A DNA stretch of 64,000 nucleotides from Basidiobolus meristosporus CBS 931.73. Its lineage: Eukaryota > Fungi > Basidiobolomycota. The position numbers and the translations under genes are program-made. Shown here piece after piece: positions 37,522 through 50,889 of this stretch. The stretch spans positions 1 to 64,000 of the forward strand of contig MCFE01000459.1 of the NCBI GenBank assembly GCA_002104905.1, written 5' to 3'. Position 1 is the first letter of the stretch, and the number at the start of each line of letters is the position of its first letter. The notes under the pieces are model-generated. The model saw only the letters and a program-made list of their open reading frames with translations, did no database searches and had not been told where the DNA came from.

Positions 37522-38528
37522 GCTTATCCTAACACATTGCCTGATGGCAATAGATATGTTTAATCACCATGAGACCACAAGCTAATAAATATATGAATTC
37601 AACCTACCCTTTGAAAGAATGTTTGGTTTTATGAGTCAATTCTAGCAAGATTGGCCATCAAGATTCTGCAATGATACTATCATAATGCTGGTTGATTAGA
37701 GTTCTTGACCCTCAACAGGATCTTATGATAGGATTGTGACATTGTGTGCTGGTTTGAGATCAATAAAATTAAAAGCTTGAAAGTATTCAAACAGTGTTTT
37801 GGCAAGAAATGTGTTATATTTTTACAGTTTTAATGTATTCTACATTGATTTGAGCAGACCCATCAAGTTTACATGGCAAGAAACTTGACAGCATTCTGAT
37901 AGCATCATTGCAAACCTCTGCTAGCATTATAACAGGAGCATTATGGTAATTTTTTTAATCATACCTATGTTGCTCAGAATAGTGCTTTCCTTGCTTTATT
38001 TACTCTGCATAATGCTCCACACTCATTTCTCTCAGTGGATGTCTTCATGTATCAATATAATGTGCATTAATAAGTATCTTAACTATTCTCCCATTTTGCT
38101 GTTTTCTCCTACTTATGACTTTCCTCTGCATTTACCAACCAATATGCCAAATCTCTTCAGATGTCCAAATGTATGCTTTACCATCACTCTGAAATGATTA
38201 AATATTGCATTGTAGAGCTTCTGCTTACTGCTAAGCACACCATTCCTAGTAGTGGCAGAGATCTATATGTTCAGCTTTATTTTTGTAGTGTAGCTGCCTA
38301 AATCCCATCACAAACTCCTTGTACAAAAGCTGTAGAGGTGTTAAGTTGGCATTAGTGATCTGCTTCTAGATCAATATTCATTCAATGTCCACATATAACT
38401 CACAATGCTTTGATTTTTAGTGTTTAGGTTATAATAATGTGTGTGAGTTATGAAGTAAGTCCCCTGGAGCTCACATATTTGACAGCAATGCTGCCCATTG
38501 TGCCCAGAGAAGCCTGCTATCTTAATGA
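37522..38528 (-). other. Mosaic of fragments: CMC left-end region (~37522-37940), PHIS transposase 3' fragment (~37945-38207), CMC transposase fragment (38208-38528)
   Basis: 37860-37935 resembles 50690-50760; 37945-38207 is the reverse complement of 12525-12800; 38208-38528 resembles 51645-52345 with a deletion. Confidence 0.65.
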
Positions 38529-41500
38529 TGTTATGATCTGCTGCTTGAATGTTTAAGTTAGATCAGTTTTTAGTCATATCAATTAGTATATGTTTAGGTT
38601 ATCAGTATATCAGTATTATCTATGAAATCAGTAGCATTAGTCAGCAAATGAATCAGCAGATCCTTATCAGACAGAAATAGATATATTAAGTAGGATCTTA
38701 TTGGGTGATGATGATGCAATCAAATCAGTCATCAACCACAACCTACATTAGAAATACAATTAGTCAGCAATTGATCTGGCAAGATGTATATAAGGAGCTG
38801 CTGGAACCTCTATAAAAATCAGTTCAGGTTTTAGTGAATACAATACTAGCTAAACTCCCTTTTATCTACAACTCTTATACAAAGACTTGTAACACTGGTA
38901 GCAGCAATAACCAGAAACCTCCCTCCTGAAGAAAGAAGAAACCACCCTCAAGAAGTCGGACAATCAAGAATGGAAGAATGCAATGCAGCAAATCCAGGCC
39001 TAACAGCAACAGTTACTCCAGATCCTCAGCCAACAGCAACAAGGAATGACTACCATGGCTCAGAACCAGCAAAGCCCTGTTAAGAGCAACCTTAGTGTAA
39101 AGGTCAACTGGTACCATGGCAGAGTCAATGAAAACCTGGGAACTTGGCTCTTTCAGATTGAAGAAGCTTTTAAAGCTAAAGGAATTGCTCCAGAAAGCAA
39201 GTTGCATTATGCAGCTTCTTACCTGGCAGATGCAGCTTTACAGTGGTACCACAACAAGATCAGGTCGGCCACTATGATGGGATGCACTACAATCTCTACC
39301 TGGGATGAGTGTGTGTCGGAAATTCAGGATGCTTTTGAACCTCCACACCAGCAGACACTACTAAGAAGGAAGTTAAAGACACTCAGACAGAAAGGAGTGG
39401 TGCAAGAATACATCTATGAGTACAGATGTCTACTTGGACAAATTGAAAGAATGGATCCCTTAGATCAAATTGAATACTTTATTGATGGGTTGAAAGAAAG
39501 AACTTGCAAGGAAGTGAATTACCAAAGACCTCAGACTATTGAAGAAGCCATCAAGATTGCTATTGACTATGACTCAGCTATGTTTGGAGTTGGGAAGCCT
39601 ACAGTGACTAATCAGAAAGGCTACAATCTTTATGAAAGAAGACAATCAGAAGCAGCACCAATGGAAATAGATGCTATGCAGAAGAATCCTACCTCAGAAG
39701 AATGTAAGAAGAAAGGACTTTGTTTCAATTGCCACCAGCAAGGACATATTGCAAAGTACTGCTCTCAGAGAAGAAATGGACACCAGCCAACAAGAACCTT
39801 CAACCATATTGAGTCCCATGAACAGAGTAATGTGGAAGACAAGCTTGAAGAAGACTTGGAACTCACCTTCTATATGACAGAAGAGTACTTGTCCCAAATG
39901 GCCTCAAACTCAGGGAAGTTATTGTACTTGAATGGAGTAATCAATGGAGTACCTGCCAAGATCATGATTGACTCAGAAGCATTGCAAGAGTACATGTTGG
40001 AGCAATTTGCCTTGAAAGCTGGAATCAACTTGGAACCTACCAAATCAACTTGAGTCTCCACAGCTGATGGGAACTCTCACATAATCAACCATATTACCCA
40101 GCCAGTAAGAATGAAGATCAAGGACTACAAAGAAGACCTACAGGCTTATATATTTGGGAACTGCAAGTTTGACCTTGAACTTGGAAAAACCTGGCTATTT
40201 TGTTGTAATCCATCAATCAACTGGAGAACCCATGCTACTGAGATCCAAAAAGACAACAAGACCTATGAGCTATTACCTGCCAGGCTGGACTTCAACTTGG
40301 TCAATTCCAGTATGTGTGAGACAAGTGAACTTAGCAAGACCCAGTTCTGTAGAGCACTTAGAAAAGGAACCCAGATGTTCCTCATGGCTGTATTACAGGT
40401 GGATTCTGCTACCCCAGCACCCCAGCAGGTCCAGACTCTCTTGAAGAAATATTTGGACGTGTTTCCAGATGAGCTTGTAAGCCTACCACCAGTCAGAGAC
40501 GTGGATCATGCCATTGACACAGGAGATAGCCCTCCAGTGAGCAAGACACCTTACAGAATGAGTCCAATGGAATTGGAGGAAATGAAGAGACAAATTGATC
40601 AGCTATTGGAGCAAGGATATATCAGGCCCAGCAAGTCACCCTGGGGAGCACCGGTGCTTTTTGTGAAAAAGAAGGATGGAACACTTAGGATGTGCATTGA
40701 CTACAGAGCCCTGAACTCAGTTACTGTCAAGAATAAGTACCCCATACCTTGGATTGATGAGCTTTTGGACCAACTTAATCAAGCCACTATTTTCAGCAAG
40801 ATTGACCTCATGTCAGGATACAACCCAATTAGGGTGAAGCCAGAAGACATCCCTAAGACAGCATTCAGGACCAGATATGAACATTGCAAGTACTTAGTCA
40901 TGAGTTTTGGCCTCACCAATGCCCCTGCAGCTTTCATGACCCTGATGCAGACTGTCTTCCAGGAGTACTTAGACAAGTTTGTCATAATCTACCTAGATGA
41001 TATACTGATATACTGCAAGACAGAAGAGGATCACTTGGTGCACATTGAAAAGGTCTTGAAGGAGCTAAGAGAGAACAAGCTTTATGGCAAGCTACCCAAG
41101 TGTGAATTCTTCAAGGAACACGTAGAATATCTGGGACACATAGTTACTAGCACAGGAGTAACTGTAGACCCCAAGAAGGTGGAAGTAATCAAGAATATGA
41201 AGCAGCCCCATAGCACATCAGAACTCAGATCATTCCTTGGAATGGTTTCCTATTATCAAAGATTTGCCAAGTCTTTTGCAAGTATTGCAGCCCCTTTAAC
41301 TGATATCCTCAAGGAAGACAATACCTACAAGTGGGACATAGCTTGTGAGACTGCCTTCCAGATGCTCAAGAATGAACTTGCTAAGCTGCCAAGCTTAAGA
41401 ATACCAGGCTTCAGAAAAGAGTTCACTCTGTGCACAGATGCTTCAGATTATGCAATTGGTGGAGTGCTGAGCCAAGAACACAAGGGAAAGGACTACCCTG

Positions 41501-42970
41501 TTGCCTTTGAATCCAAGAAACTGAACTCAGCAGAACAAAACTATCCAGTCCATGAGAAGGACATGCTTGCTATAATACACTGTTTGAAGACATGGAGATG
41601 CTATATTGAAGGAGTCAAATGCACTGTGAAGACTGATCATGCCTCCCTCAAGTATATATTTACTCAGAAGGTACTCTCTAGAAGAATGACAAGATGGAGT
41701 GAATACATTCAGCAATTTGACCTGAAGATTGTCTACTGTCCTGGAAAAAACAACACAGTTGCTGATGCCTTATCAAGATTAGATCAAGTTGCACAACTCA
41801 ACTTGGTGCATGAATCAGATTGGCCTAGCCTATTACCAAAGTACTTGGAGGACCAAGCCATTCCTAATGAGGTGGATGAAGATATCAAGAAGATAATCCG
41901 TGATGAAGCCAGCAAATTTGTTGTACAGGATGAAACACTCTACCAAATTGTTGATGGAAGCCCTATTGCCTATTGTCCTTATGTTGCTTGCCTGGATTTA
42001 ATACATAAGCTACACAATGGATATGGACATCTTGGGATTGAAGGAACCTATAGCCTTGTGAAAGCCAGAGCATGGTGGCCCAGAATGAAACAAGATATTG
42101 AGAAGCTAGTGAAAACATGCCCAAACTGCCAAATCAATCAAGGCCAGCCACAAAGAATTGCCAAACTCTTCCCTTTGGAGCCTGTAAGACCATTTGAGAG
42201 ATGGGGAATTGACTTTATTGGAGGACTACCAACTACCCGGAAATGCAACTGTTGGATCCTAGTAGCAATTGACCATGCCACTAAATGGCCATTTGCTAAA
42301 GCTGCACCAATAGCCAGTGAACAAGAAGTTGCAAGTTTCATTTACCATGAGATCCTGATGAAGTTTGGATGCCCTGTGGATATCTTATCTGATAGAGGAG
42401 CAAGCTTTATGGCAAAGACATTAGAGGCTTACCTGGAAATGCAGCAGATCAGACACTTGAAAACCTTGGCATATCACCCCAGAACTAATGGAGTCACTGA
42501 GCGGTTTAATGGATTATTTGGAAAAATGCTGACCAAGTATGAAAATGGAGTTGTCAGTAGATGGGATGAGTATGTAGACCAAGCACTCTTTGCATGCAGA
42601 GTCAGAGTACACAACACCACCCAGCAATCACCATTTTACCTAGTGTATGGATGTGAACCAAGGATTCCAGGAGATCTCACACAACCCAAGCTTACAGATG
42701 CCTTAGAAGATGAACTTAGTCAGCCAAGTAGACACCAGCAACCGGAACAAAGACATCAAGAGGCACAGACCAATGTATCTCAAAGTGCAGAAAAGATGAA
42801 GCAGAGATTTGATAAGACTATAGCACCAGAAGCATTGACAGTTGGGAACTTTGTATTGCTAAGAAACAACACTCAGAAAAAGTTTGAGCCACAATGGACA
42901 GGACCATTCAAGATCATCAGAGAATGTCCATTTGCAACTTACCAACTGGTGGACAAACAAGGCAATATCG
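38529..42970 (+). mobile_element. Gypsy-A copy, 3'-truncated (no 3' LTR)
   Basis: 5' LTR at 38529-38894 and PBS TGGTAGCAGCA. Start ATG lost; stops at 39001 and 40051. pol is open 40111-~42970, then joins CMC sequence after DKQGNI. Confidence 0.92.
40111..42970 (+). pseudogene. pol: Gypsy-A pol (RT-RNase H-IN) with intact IN DDE but separated from gag by a stop
   Basis: 966-aa ORF with YLDD, GIDFIG, ILSDRGASF and TERFNG. Confidence 0.9.
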
Positions 42971-42979
42971 GGGGAGTAA

Positions 42980-45900
42980 TTGACGTGCTCAACTTTATGT
43001 TTGTAGTATAGACACTCAAATCCCATCACAAACTCCTTGCATAGAAGCTGCAGATGTATCAAGTTGGCATTGGTAATCTGCTTCTGGATGAAGACTTCTA
43101 AAATTTCAGCATATGACTCCCAATGCTTCCAATGTACTCTTTATAAAGATGACTTCAGAAGGCTACTTGAACAAATGCATATCAAGTACATCTAGTCCTT
43201 GCATTTGTATTGTCACATATGTATATGAATATTGATTGGAGCCCAGGAGAAGCTTTGGGGTTGCAAATACACTGTGATATCTGGCTGTTTCTCTCAGGTT
43301 TCCCTGTTATCCTGAAGGGCTTATTCAGCTTGAAGTGTTCAGGTAATACTTGGCCATTAACAAAGACATATTGCAGAGAAGCAAATGCATTGCTCCCAGC
43401 AGACACTTTTGCTACAACCAATAACCTCTATCTTAAGCATCTCTAGTTTCCAATTAATTCCACATTCCCACCAATGGCTTGTAGCTTGCCAACCTTACTG
43501 CAATTGCATGCAGATATCTGCACATTCCCTTTTTAGGAAGATACTATTCCTAGTGTTGATGTTTGGATAATAATAATGTGTGTAAGTTATAAAGTAAAAT
43601 TCCTGAATCTCACACATTCTTAAGTAATATTATCCAGTGTGCCCAAAAAAACTGGCTCTCTTCTGATGGCTGGGGTGCATCCAGTGTAGGTAATTATATA
43701 TGCTTTGATATGATAGTTATTAAGTGGTGACCCACTGGAAAGCATACAAAACTCTTACAGGAAGCTGTCCAGGTTGGATGGTGATTTAGGCCCATATACC
43801 TGTGAGACTACCATCAGATCCCTGCTCTGATACCATATGATGAACAACCAATTAAGGTTAATCAATATCAGTGGCCAGCCAGATTTGCGGGTAGAGTGCT
43901 TGCTTAATGAGAATACATCAAATGCCAAGGCAAAGGCATGATCAGACATACCTTCAGAGAAGTCCTTTCTTCTTAGTGGTTTGTAATATTTGCCATCAAA
44001 TATATCCATAATGCTTGTACTTCATTAATACTGAGTGCCGCACTATAAAGTCTCACAATAATTAATGGACTGCATGAGCTTCTTTAGACAAGGTGTCAGT
44101 GAAATATATCTAGAGGGTTAGTAATGTTATCCTCTAAAGATGGTGAATATCCAACCAGTTGGACACCTTGCAATAGTGGTATTTTCCAGTGTGAATGCCA
44201 TGCAGCTATTAATACATGCTGTTAGCAGGTTGGTCTCTGGGTTATATGTTATCAGTTACATGACAGCTGCTCAGTTGTACCATGTAAATGGATAGTTACA
44301 TCCTGGAGTGATTTTGCTAAGAGGTAGTAGTAGCTCCTCAATGCCTTCATTACTAATATTTGTGGAAAACACCACCTCTCTAGCCACAACATCACTTCAT
44401 TCACCAGTAAATGTATTACTGGGCTTACTTGACTCCACAAAGTATCTGTGGCATTTTTTCAACAGGTGTTGTCTCATTGCCTGATGGGATTTTACTTGAC
44501 TCATGCAGGGTACAATTGTTAGGGAAGAGAGGCTTACAATCCATCAGTGAGCCTGCTTCTTCAGAGCTATCACTCTGTGTGCCATATTCAGAAGGCTGGG
44601 GTGAGCCTTAAGGTGTCACAAACTAACTTGACTCAGTTTGCACATGGTGACAAGTACTGCCTGATGCCATTACAGAAGTATCAAGTGGCCAGCAAGGTAT
44701 TGTTGGTATGGTAGTGACTGGTGAATGGTCAAGTATAGCATGTGTGGCAATACACTGGCCATGATCCTTATAATACTTTCTATGCTGTCTGTGTGCTTCA
44801 TGGCTGAATGGCTTGCTACAATGACCATATGGTCTTTTTCTCTTCTCTTACAGCATTGAATCAAAGTAGTCTTGTCCATAGGGCAAACAGTTTGATACTC
44901 AGGAATATAATGCCATTATATCACTCTCTGGTATCATAAGTGCTTTGTATTGATTGTACTTTAGGGCTAATAATCATATATAGTGCCAGTTAATACCAGT
45001 GGACCAATATAGTGCCAGATAGTACCAGTGGACCAAGATAGTGCCATGCATTTTTGTGACATGTTACAAGCCACAGGAGCTAGATTCAGAGTGCCATGGG
45101 CATTAAGTACCAGATACATATCTTCAATCCTTTTGTGCACTTACACATGCTGTACAACATTAACCTAAAAAAAAAGCCAAAAAATGGATTTTTTCAAAAA
45201 CAATGGGTGAAACACAGGGGCTGCTCTGCATGAAGATGCAGAGCTATGTTGCACACTCTGTGGCCAAGTATAGGCTCACTTGGCCTCCCTGGTACACTAT
45301 GGCATCATTTGGCACTCTCCAACTGAACAAGTCTAATATCCCCAGTAGAGAAAGCAGTATATTTGCTGCAAGGAAGAAACTAAAGTAGCTCAATATCACA
45401 GCCAAGCATAGAGCCATTTCCCATTATAACAGCACAGGAACACCATACAGTCTTTGAAGCATAACAACAGTGCCCAAAAATAAAGTCCACAGAAAACAAA
45501 TCACAGCATAAGAGGGCAAAAATGCAATGTTTATACCAAAGCCTAAAAATCAAAAGACATTGAAGATCCATGAAGCCATTGAGTGCAATGAGGTAGAGTT
45601 GGCTAATATCTAAGAGGTCATTAGAAGCCTAGCTTTCCATCACCTTAAGGCCAGCATACTATGGGACCATCAGGAATTCAAGGCCAAGCAGAATATGCTT
45701 AACTTGCTCCATGAGCATTATCCTAGATTCAAACAAGTAAACAGATTTTGGGTTAGCATTGGTATGCTAGAAAAGTATCTCAAAAATAGCAGAAGCTATC
45801 AAAGGCAGAAGAGCAAGGGCATAATGGCCAAAAGCCAGTGGCTTGCTTCAGAGCCTGTTACAAGCACAGCCCAAAGCCCCAAACAAGCATCAAAGAGACA

Positions 45901-46651
45901 TCAGGTAGCTAGAGGAGCACCAATAATGAAAAAGCAGGCAGTCACAGATGCACCAGCACAACATTTACTAAGGTAGAAGCATAGTTCTACTCTAAAAGCC
46001 CTCAGTCAAAGTAGCAGTGAAGGACTGGCAGTGATAAAAACAAGAGACTACCTTAGGTGCCCATAACAGCATGTGCTGAGAGCTCAAAACAAGCAGGAAA
46101 GAAGCATCCAATTGCATGCAGAGTGGAAGCAAGGGACAAGCAGGCCAAAACAGATGCATCAGAGCAGCATTTATCAAGCAGAAAATGTAGTTCAATACAA
46201 GAAGTACATAGACAAAGTAGCTCTGAAAGACCTGCCAGTGATAAATGAAAAGGTAAAGGGTAAAAGGTCTACCCAAGCCAGAGACAGGGAAGTGTGAGAA
46301 AAAAGCTGCAGTTCTTGCCAATTAATGCCATAGGCCTGGAAGTAACTGAATCTGATCATAGCCAAGAACAATTGCCCAACAAGGAAAGAGATGTTTTCAC
46401 AAGAGTTGGAAGCTCAGCCAGTTAAGCTACACTCCAGTGAGGTAGATGAATTGCCTTTCTCTGGAAATTCTTCTACCACAGCCTCCATGTCCTCAATTGT
46501 TGACATAGTGGAGATCCCTCTAAGAGACAAGGTAACAATGTCAAGAACTCAAAAGGTAAATCACAATGCCTTTTGTAGTTTTTGGAACAATCATAGGCAC
46601 ACCAAGAGGTTGCAGCACTTGGACAGGTTCATTACAATAATTTTGATAGGG
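42980..46651 (-). mobile_element. CMC/EnSpm-like DNA transposon, copy 1 (left end missing)
   Basis: tnp2-type motifs DIFDGKYY, GWPLILINLN and GPKSPSNLDSFL on the minus strand (start ~44879); ORF2 remnant on the plus strand (45338-46620); right end TAATTTTGATAGGG at 46651. Confidence 0.75.
44930..45334. mobile_element. Half fold-back MITE (loop plus one arm)
   Basis: Matches the loop and one arm of 4245-4978; ends GAACAAGTCT followed by AAT; contains an internal ~26-bp tandem duplication. Confidence 0.82.
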
Positions 46652-48355
46652 AACTAATTCTGCCTAAAATTGTACAAAAATTTTTGATCTGGTATTATAG
46701 ATCTTGCTGTATCAGTTATTAATATCTTTGCACATTCCATCACTCCAGTTTGCTGTGGCAAGTATGGTAGAGTAGTCTTTTGCTTTATCCTATGAATTTT
46801 GCAGAAATGAATGACAAGTCTTGATGTATTTTCACCATTATCTGAGCATATTTTCTTGATTCATTCACCAGTTTCTCTCTCCAACATGACTTTAAGCTCC
46901 CTGAGATTCAACAGAGCTTCTTTCTTTCTTTCCATAAAGTGGAACCATTTGTAACTTCTATAATTATCAATACTGATGATTAAATACAATGTACTACCAA
47001 GGACTCATTTTGCATAGGTCCAAGCAGATCTTGCTGAGTCAGATCTAATTTTTTCTTAGTTTTGCTTAGCCCAGAGCTCTTGAGCAGTGTCTGGTCTGTC
47101 TTCAATATTTGTAGGCTTCACATTGCTCTAAGCTAGTTGGGGGATCAATTTGTATTCCAGAAATTAACCAACTGTTAATAATTTTGCACAAATAATCACA
47201 ATTGATGTGTTCAAATCCAATGTGACAAAGCATTGATGCTTCTTCATTTAACTTACTTATATTGGATTCCAGATATGATGGAATGTAAGTAAGCTTGTAT
47301 AGATTCTGATCTCTGATACCCAAAGTAATATGAGCACCATTTTGATCAGTTTTCCCGCTTAAAGAATTGCCAAAACTAAAACTGAGTCCTACTGCAGTGG
47401 CCTTGCTTACAGTTGGTAGGTGCTTGGTTATTTTGGGTACACAGAGTACCTCTTTGAAGGTCACTGTGTGGCTTACTTCACTACATCTAAGGTTGACTTG
47501 GATAATTCCTGCTCCAACTGCATCAAGTGTTCTATTGTCATCCATGAAAACCTTCTTGGTTGGAGCTTGATGACAGTTGGTAAAGGTTCTTTTTGGTGTG
47601 TAAAGTCTTGAGACTCTCCATAGTCACTATTCTACATCTGAGCATCCTTGTTTGTGATCATATCTAGTGAGGACATGAATAGTCTATCTTCAGATGTAGC
47701 AGGATTTCTGTATTCAGGCTTTTTCTAGTGATTATCTCTCTTCTGCAGGCTCCAGTCTGTTGTGTGGCCTTTCCTTTAGCAGTAGTTGCAAAGCAGGTTG
47801 CTGTGGCCCATAAAGGGTATTGAGTACCTTCCTTGCAGGTTATGACTGCTTATTAAAGCATCTCTTTTTCCTTTTCATTGGCACTTAATATATTAACTCC
47901 TCATCCAGGAGCTTGTCAAATTGGTTATTTAAGTTCAGGTCTTTAGTTCTAGACTCTAGGGCTAATACAAGGCCCTGAGACTTGTCTGTCAGGCTATTCA
48001 GGATGGCAAATATCATATCCTCAGCAGTAGTTGGTACACCAAGATATTTCATATCATCCACCAGCAGGATAATTCATTTACTTATATTTTCCATATCTTC
48101 TCCTAGAAAATTCTTTGTAGTTAGGAATATTTATCTAAAATATATCTTTTTTGAAGATAAACATGACTGGTATCTGTCTTCTAATGCCTTCTAGACATTC
48201 TTGGCTATTTTTGCTCTTGAGCATTGAGGCAGTAATTTGTCACTTACAGTAAGGCAAATGTGGTTATAGGCATTTTACTCTTTCTTCAGTACCTTAAGGC
48301 TTCCTTTCCAACATCTTCAGGAGGGCATTCTTCACCCATAAAATTTTGGATATAA
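46652..48355 (-). mobile_element. Degenerate Copia-D fragment (gag, PR, IN)
   Basis: Reverse complement of the 57750-59470 region; ORF 47102-47545 is PR/GAG-pre-integrase-like. Confidence 0.8.
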
Positions 48356-50409
48356 TGCCTTAAAGTACCAGATGCAATAACAAAGTACCTTAACTGCATT
48401 TGCCTCAATGTCAAAGAGAAATTGCTAATTCAGTGCACACAAGCAAAGACTGCAAAGAATGCCAGGAAGGCATTAGAAGATATATATCAGTCATGCTCAG
48501 CTGCTGAGATAATGTAGTTTAGACAAAGGTTCTTTACTATAATGATTCTGCCAGGGGAAGAAATGGAAAATACACTTGGCATCCCTGGTACACTATGGCA
48601 TTGTTTGGCACTCATGGCTCAATGTGGCACCATCCCACAAAACAAGTCTAATATACATCAAAGCTCTTCTCCCACTTGCGCTAAATTCCTGAGATAATGC
48701 AAGACCCTACTGTACCATACTCCCTACCATAGAATGGTGTGTCAGACTGTGCAAACAGATCAACAAAATTATCCTATGATGATTGGGTGGAATCAGTAGC
48801 CATAGCTGTATACCTTGAAGATAGGAGCTATGGAATCATACTTAGTGATCCTTCTCTATTTGAGGCATGATATAGATATAGACCAAGTGCACAACATCTC
48901 CAAGTATTTGGGTGCACAGCATATAACACAAAGCTGTTCAGAAATCTGGCAAATTTGTGCCAAAGAGTTTGAAATGCATATGTTTGGGTTACTAAAATGA
49001 GATTGAAGCATATACACTCAGCAATACTCATACAAAGAAGCTAAGCAAGTCCAGTGGTGTGTTGCTTATTAGACACTCAAAATATTTGCCTATAATAACA
49101 TCTGACAATGAAAAAAGGATTAAATCAAGTCCACCAATAGTCAGGAGTGACTGAGAGTAAGAATTATGAGACTTTTCTCTCTATAGCAAGTTCTATAAAC
49201 ATGGTTTAGCCTGAATCAGTACGCAGGAATAGCACAGAAGTGATCATTCCAGTTTCCAAGCTGGGATATTCAATGGGACAAGAAATTGCGCAAACTACTA
49301 TATTGATGATGGTATAAACCTAGCCTATGCCTGTTCAGTCTATGTTGATGGGACCTCAACTGTAAAAGGGGTCTTAAATAGCCCTCAGATAAAAATTTGG
49401 AGATCTGCATTGAGTGAGGAGTATCAGGCTCTGATGGGAATCAAACTTGCAACTAAGTTAAGTAATCAATAATCAGGAAATTAACTGGATACAGCTAGGC
49501 CTTCAGGACAAAATGCACAGATGACAGTACAACTGAATAGTAAAAAACAAGACTTGTGGCCAAAGTATACTTTCAAATAAAAAGACTGGACCAAACTAAG
49601 ACTTCCCCACTGGTAACCATGCTTAATACCATCAGAGTGGGATTGGCTATGGCAGACAAATATCAGTTTGTGATTTATCACATGGAAATAAAAGCTTCAT
49701 TTTGAAATAGAGAGCTGAATAAAAATGTGTACAAGTACCAGCCTGAGAAGTTTGCTGACCAAGATAATCCCCATTTGGACAGCAGGATTAAGAAATCTCT
49801 GCATAGTCTAATACAATTGCCCAGAGCCTGGAGTTGCAAGATAGATTTATATTGTTAGTCATTGAGTTCTCAAAGGAGTACTGCAGACTAAAGTATCTGC
49901 CATAAGCCAGATATAGAAAGTCCAGTTATATTAGCTCTATATGTGGATTACCTTATTACAGCTATTAATAACCAAGAAACACTGGTACAGACTAAATCAA
50001 GCCTATCTAAGGCATTCTAAATATCCAATCAATGAGAACTCATTTATGACTTAGAGATAAAATTCTTCAGAAACAGAAATGCCTGGACTATTGCCCTAAG
50101 TCAATCCAGATATATTCAAGATATACTAATGAAGCACTAAATGGAAAACTGCAAACCAGCAGCTACCCCAACAGTGACAAACCTTAACTGGGTCAAAATT
50201 CAACTAAAGCAAGAGAGCTTGTAGCCATCTGAGAGCCCAAAATTCACTCACCAGTCTATGATTGGCTGTCTGATATGTATTAGGATTGGAACATGTCCAG
50301 ATATCTTGTATTCAGCAGTAGTTGTCAGCAATCATATTCAGAACAGGATCTTGTGGGATGCTCTGATGCTGATTGGGGACAAAATATAGAAGACAGATGA
50401 ACTACAACA
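48356..50409 (+). mobile_element. Degenerate Copia-D fragment (gag piece, IN, RT, start of RNase H)
   Basis: Similar to 57810-58020, 59330-59680 and 60770-61250; many stops and frameshifts. Confidence 0.7.
48570..48649. mobile_element. MITE terminal remnant
   Basis: GGTACACTATGGCATTGTTTGGCACTCATGGCTCAATGTGGCAC...AACAAGTCT followed by AAT; lies at a gag-to-IN deletion junction. Confidence 0.75.
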
Positions 50410-50889
50410 CTCTATGAAAATTAATTTGGTCCTGCCGGTGGATCCAATCCAGATCAGCTGTGAGGATCCTGCTTAGAGACCATCATAGTACCATCAGCTT
50501 GGAGTTAGTGACCCTCCTAACAATGTTATGATGGGATCACAATGGTGCTTTGCTAATTTTAAAACCAAATAAAGGGATAAAAGTTGATGATATTTTATTG
50601 GTGCTGTGACAATATTTGCATGGTAATGTTGCAGTCTTTTAGCACTCCATGACTATTTCAAATGGATCCAATAGGCCGGGGCATCCAATAGCCTTACATG
50701 GAAAGAAACTTGACAGTATTTTGATGGCCTCACAGCAAGACTCTGATGGCATTATACCAGCAGTATGACAGCCTACAACTGGCTCTGTATAATGCTACCA
50801 CACCAACTTACCAAATGGTATTACCGTTTCTACCTCCCCTTGTGCAATTCATATATTCCACTGCAGAGTCACCCCTCTTTATTTGCTTA

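Noticed and set aside
17361-43570. Many 60-120-aa ORFs in the track as host genes (e.g. 17361-17684, 19216-19503, 37943-38197, 43210-43446)
   Set aside because: They are antisense or alternate frames of TE genes or LTRs, with no independent motif.
50408-50412. CACTC as a canonical CACTA terminus
   Set aside because: Both right ends finish in ATAGGG rather than GTG, so a CCC start at 50410 fits better. The assignment remains tentative.
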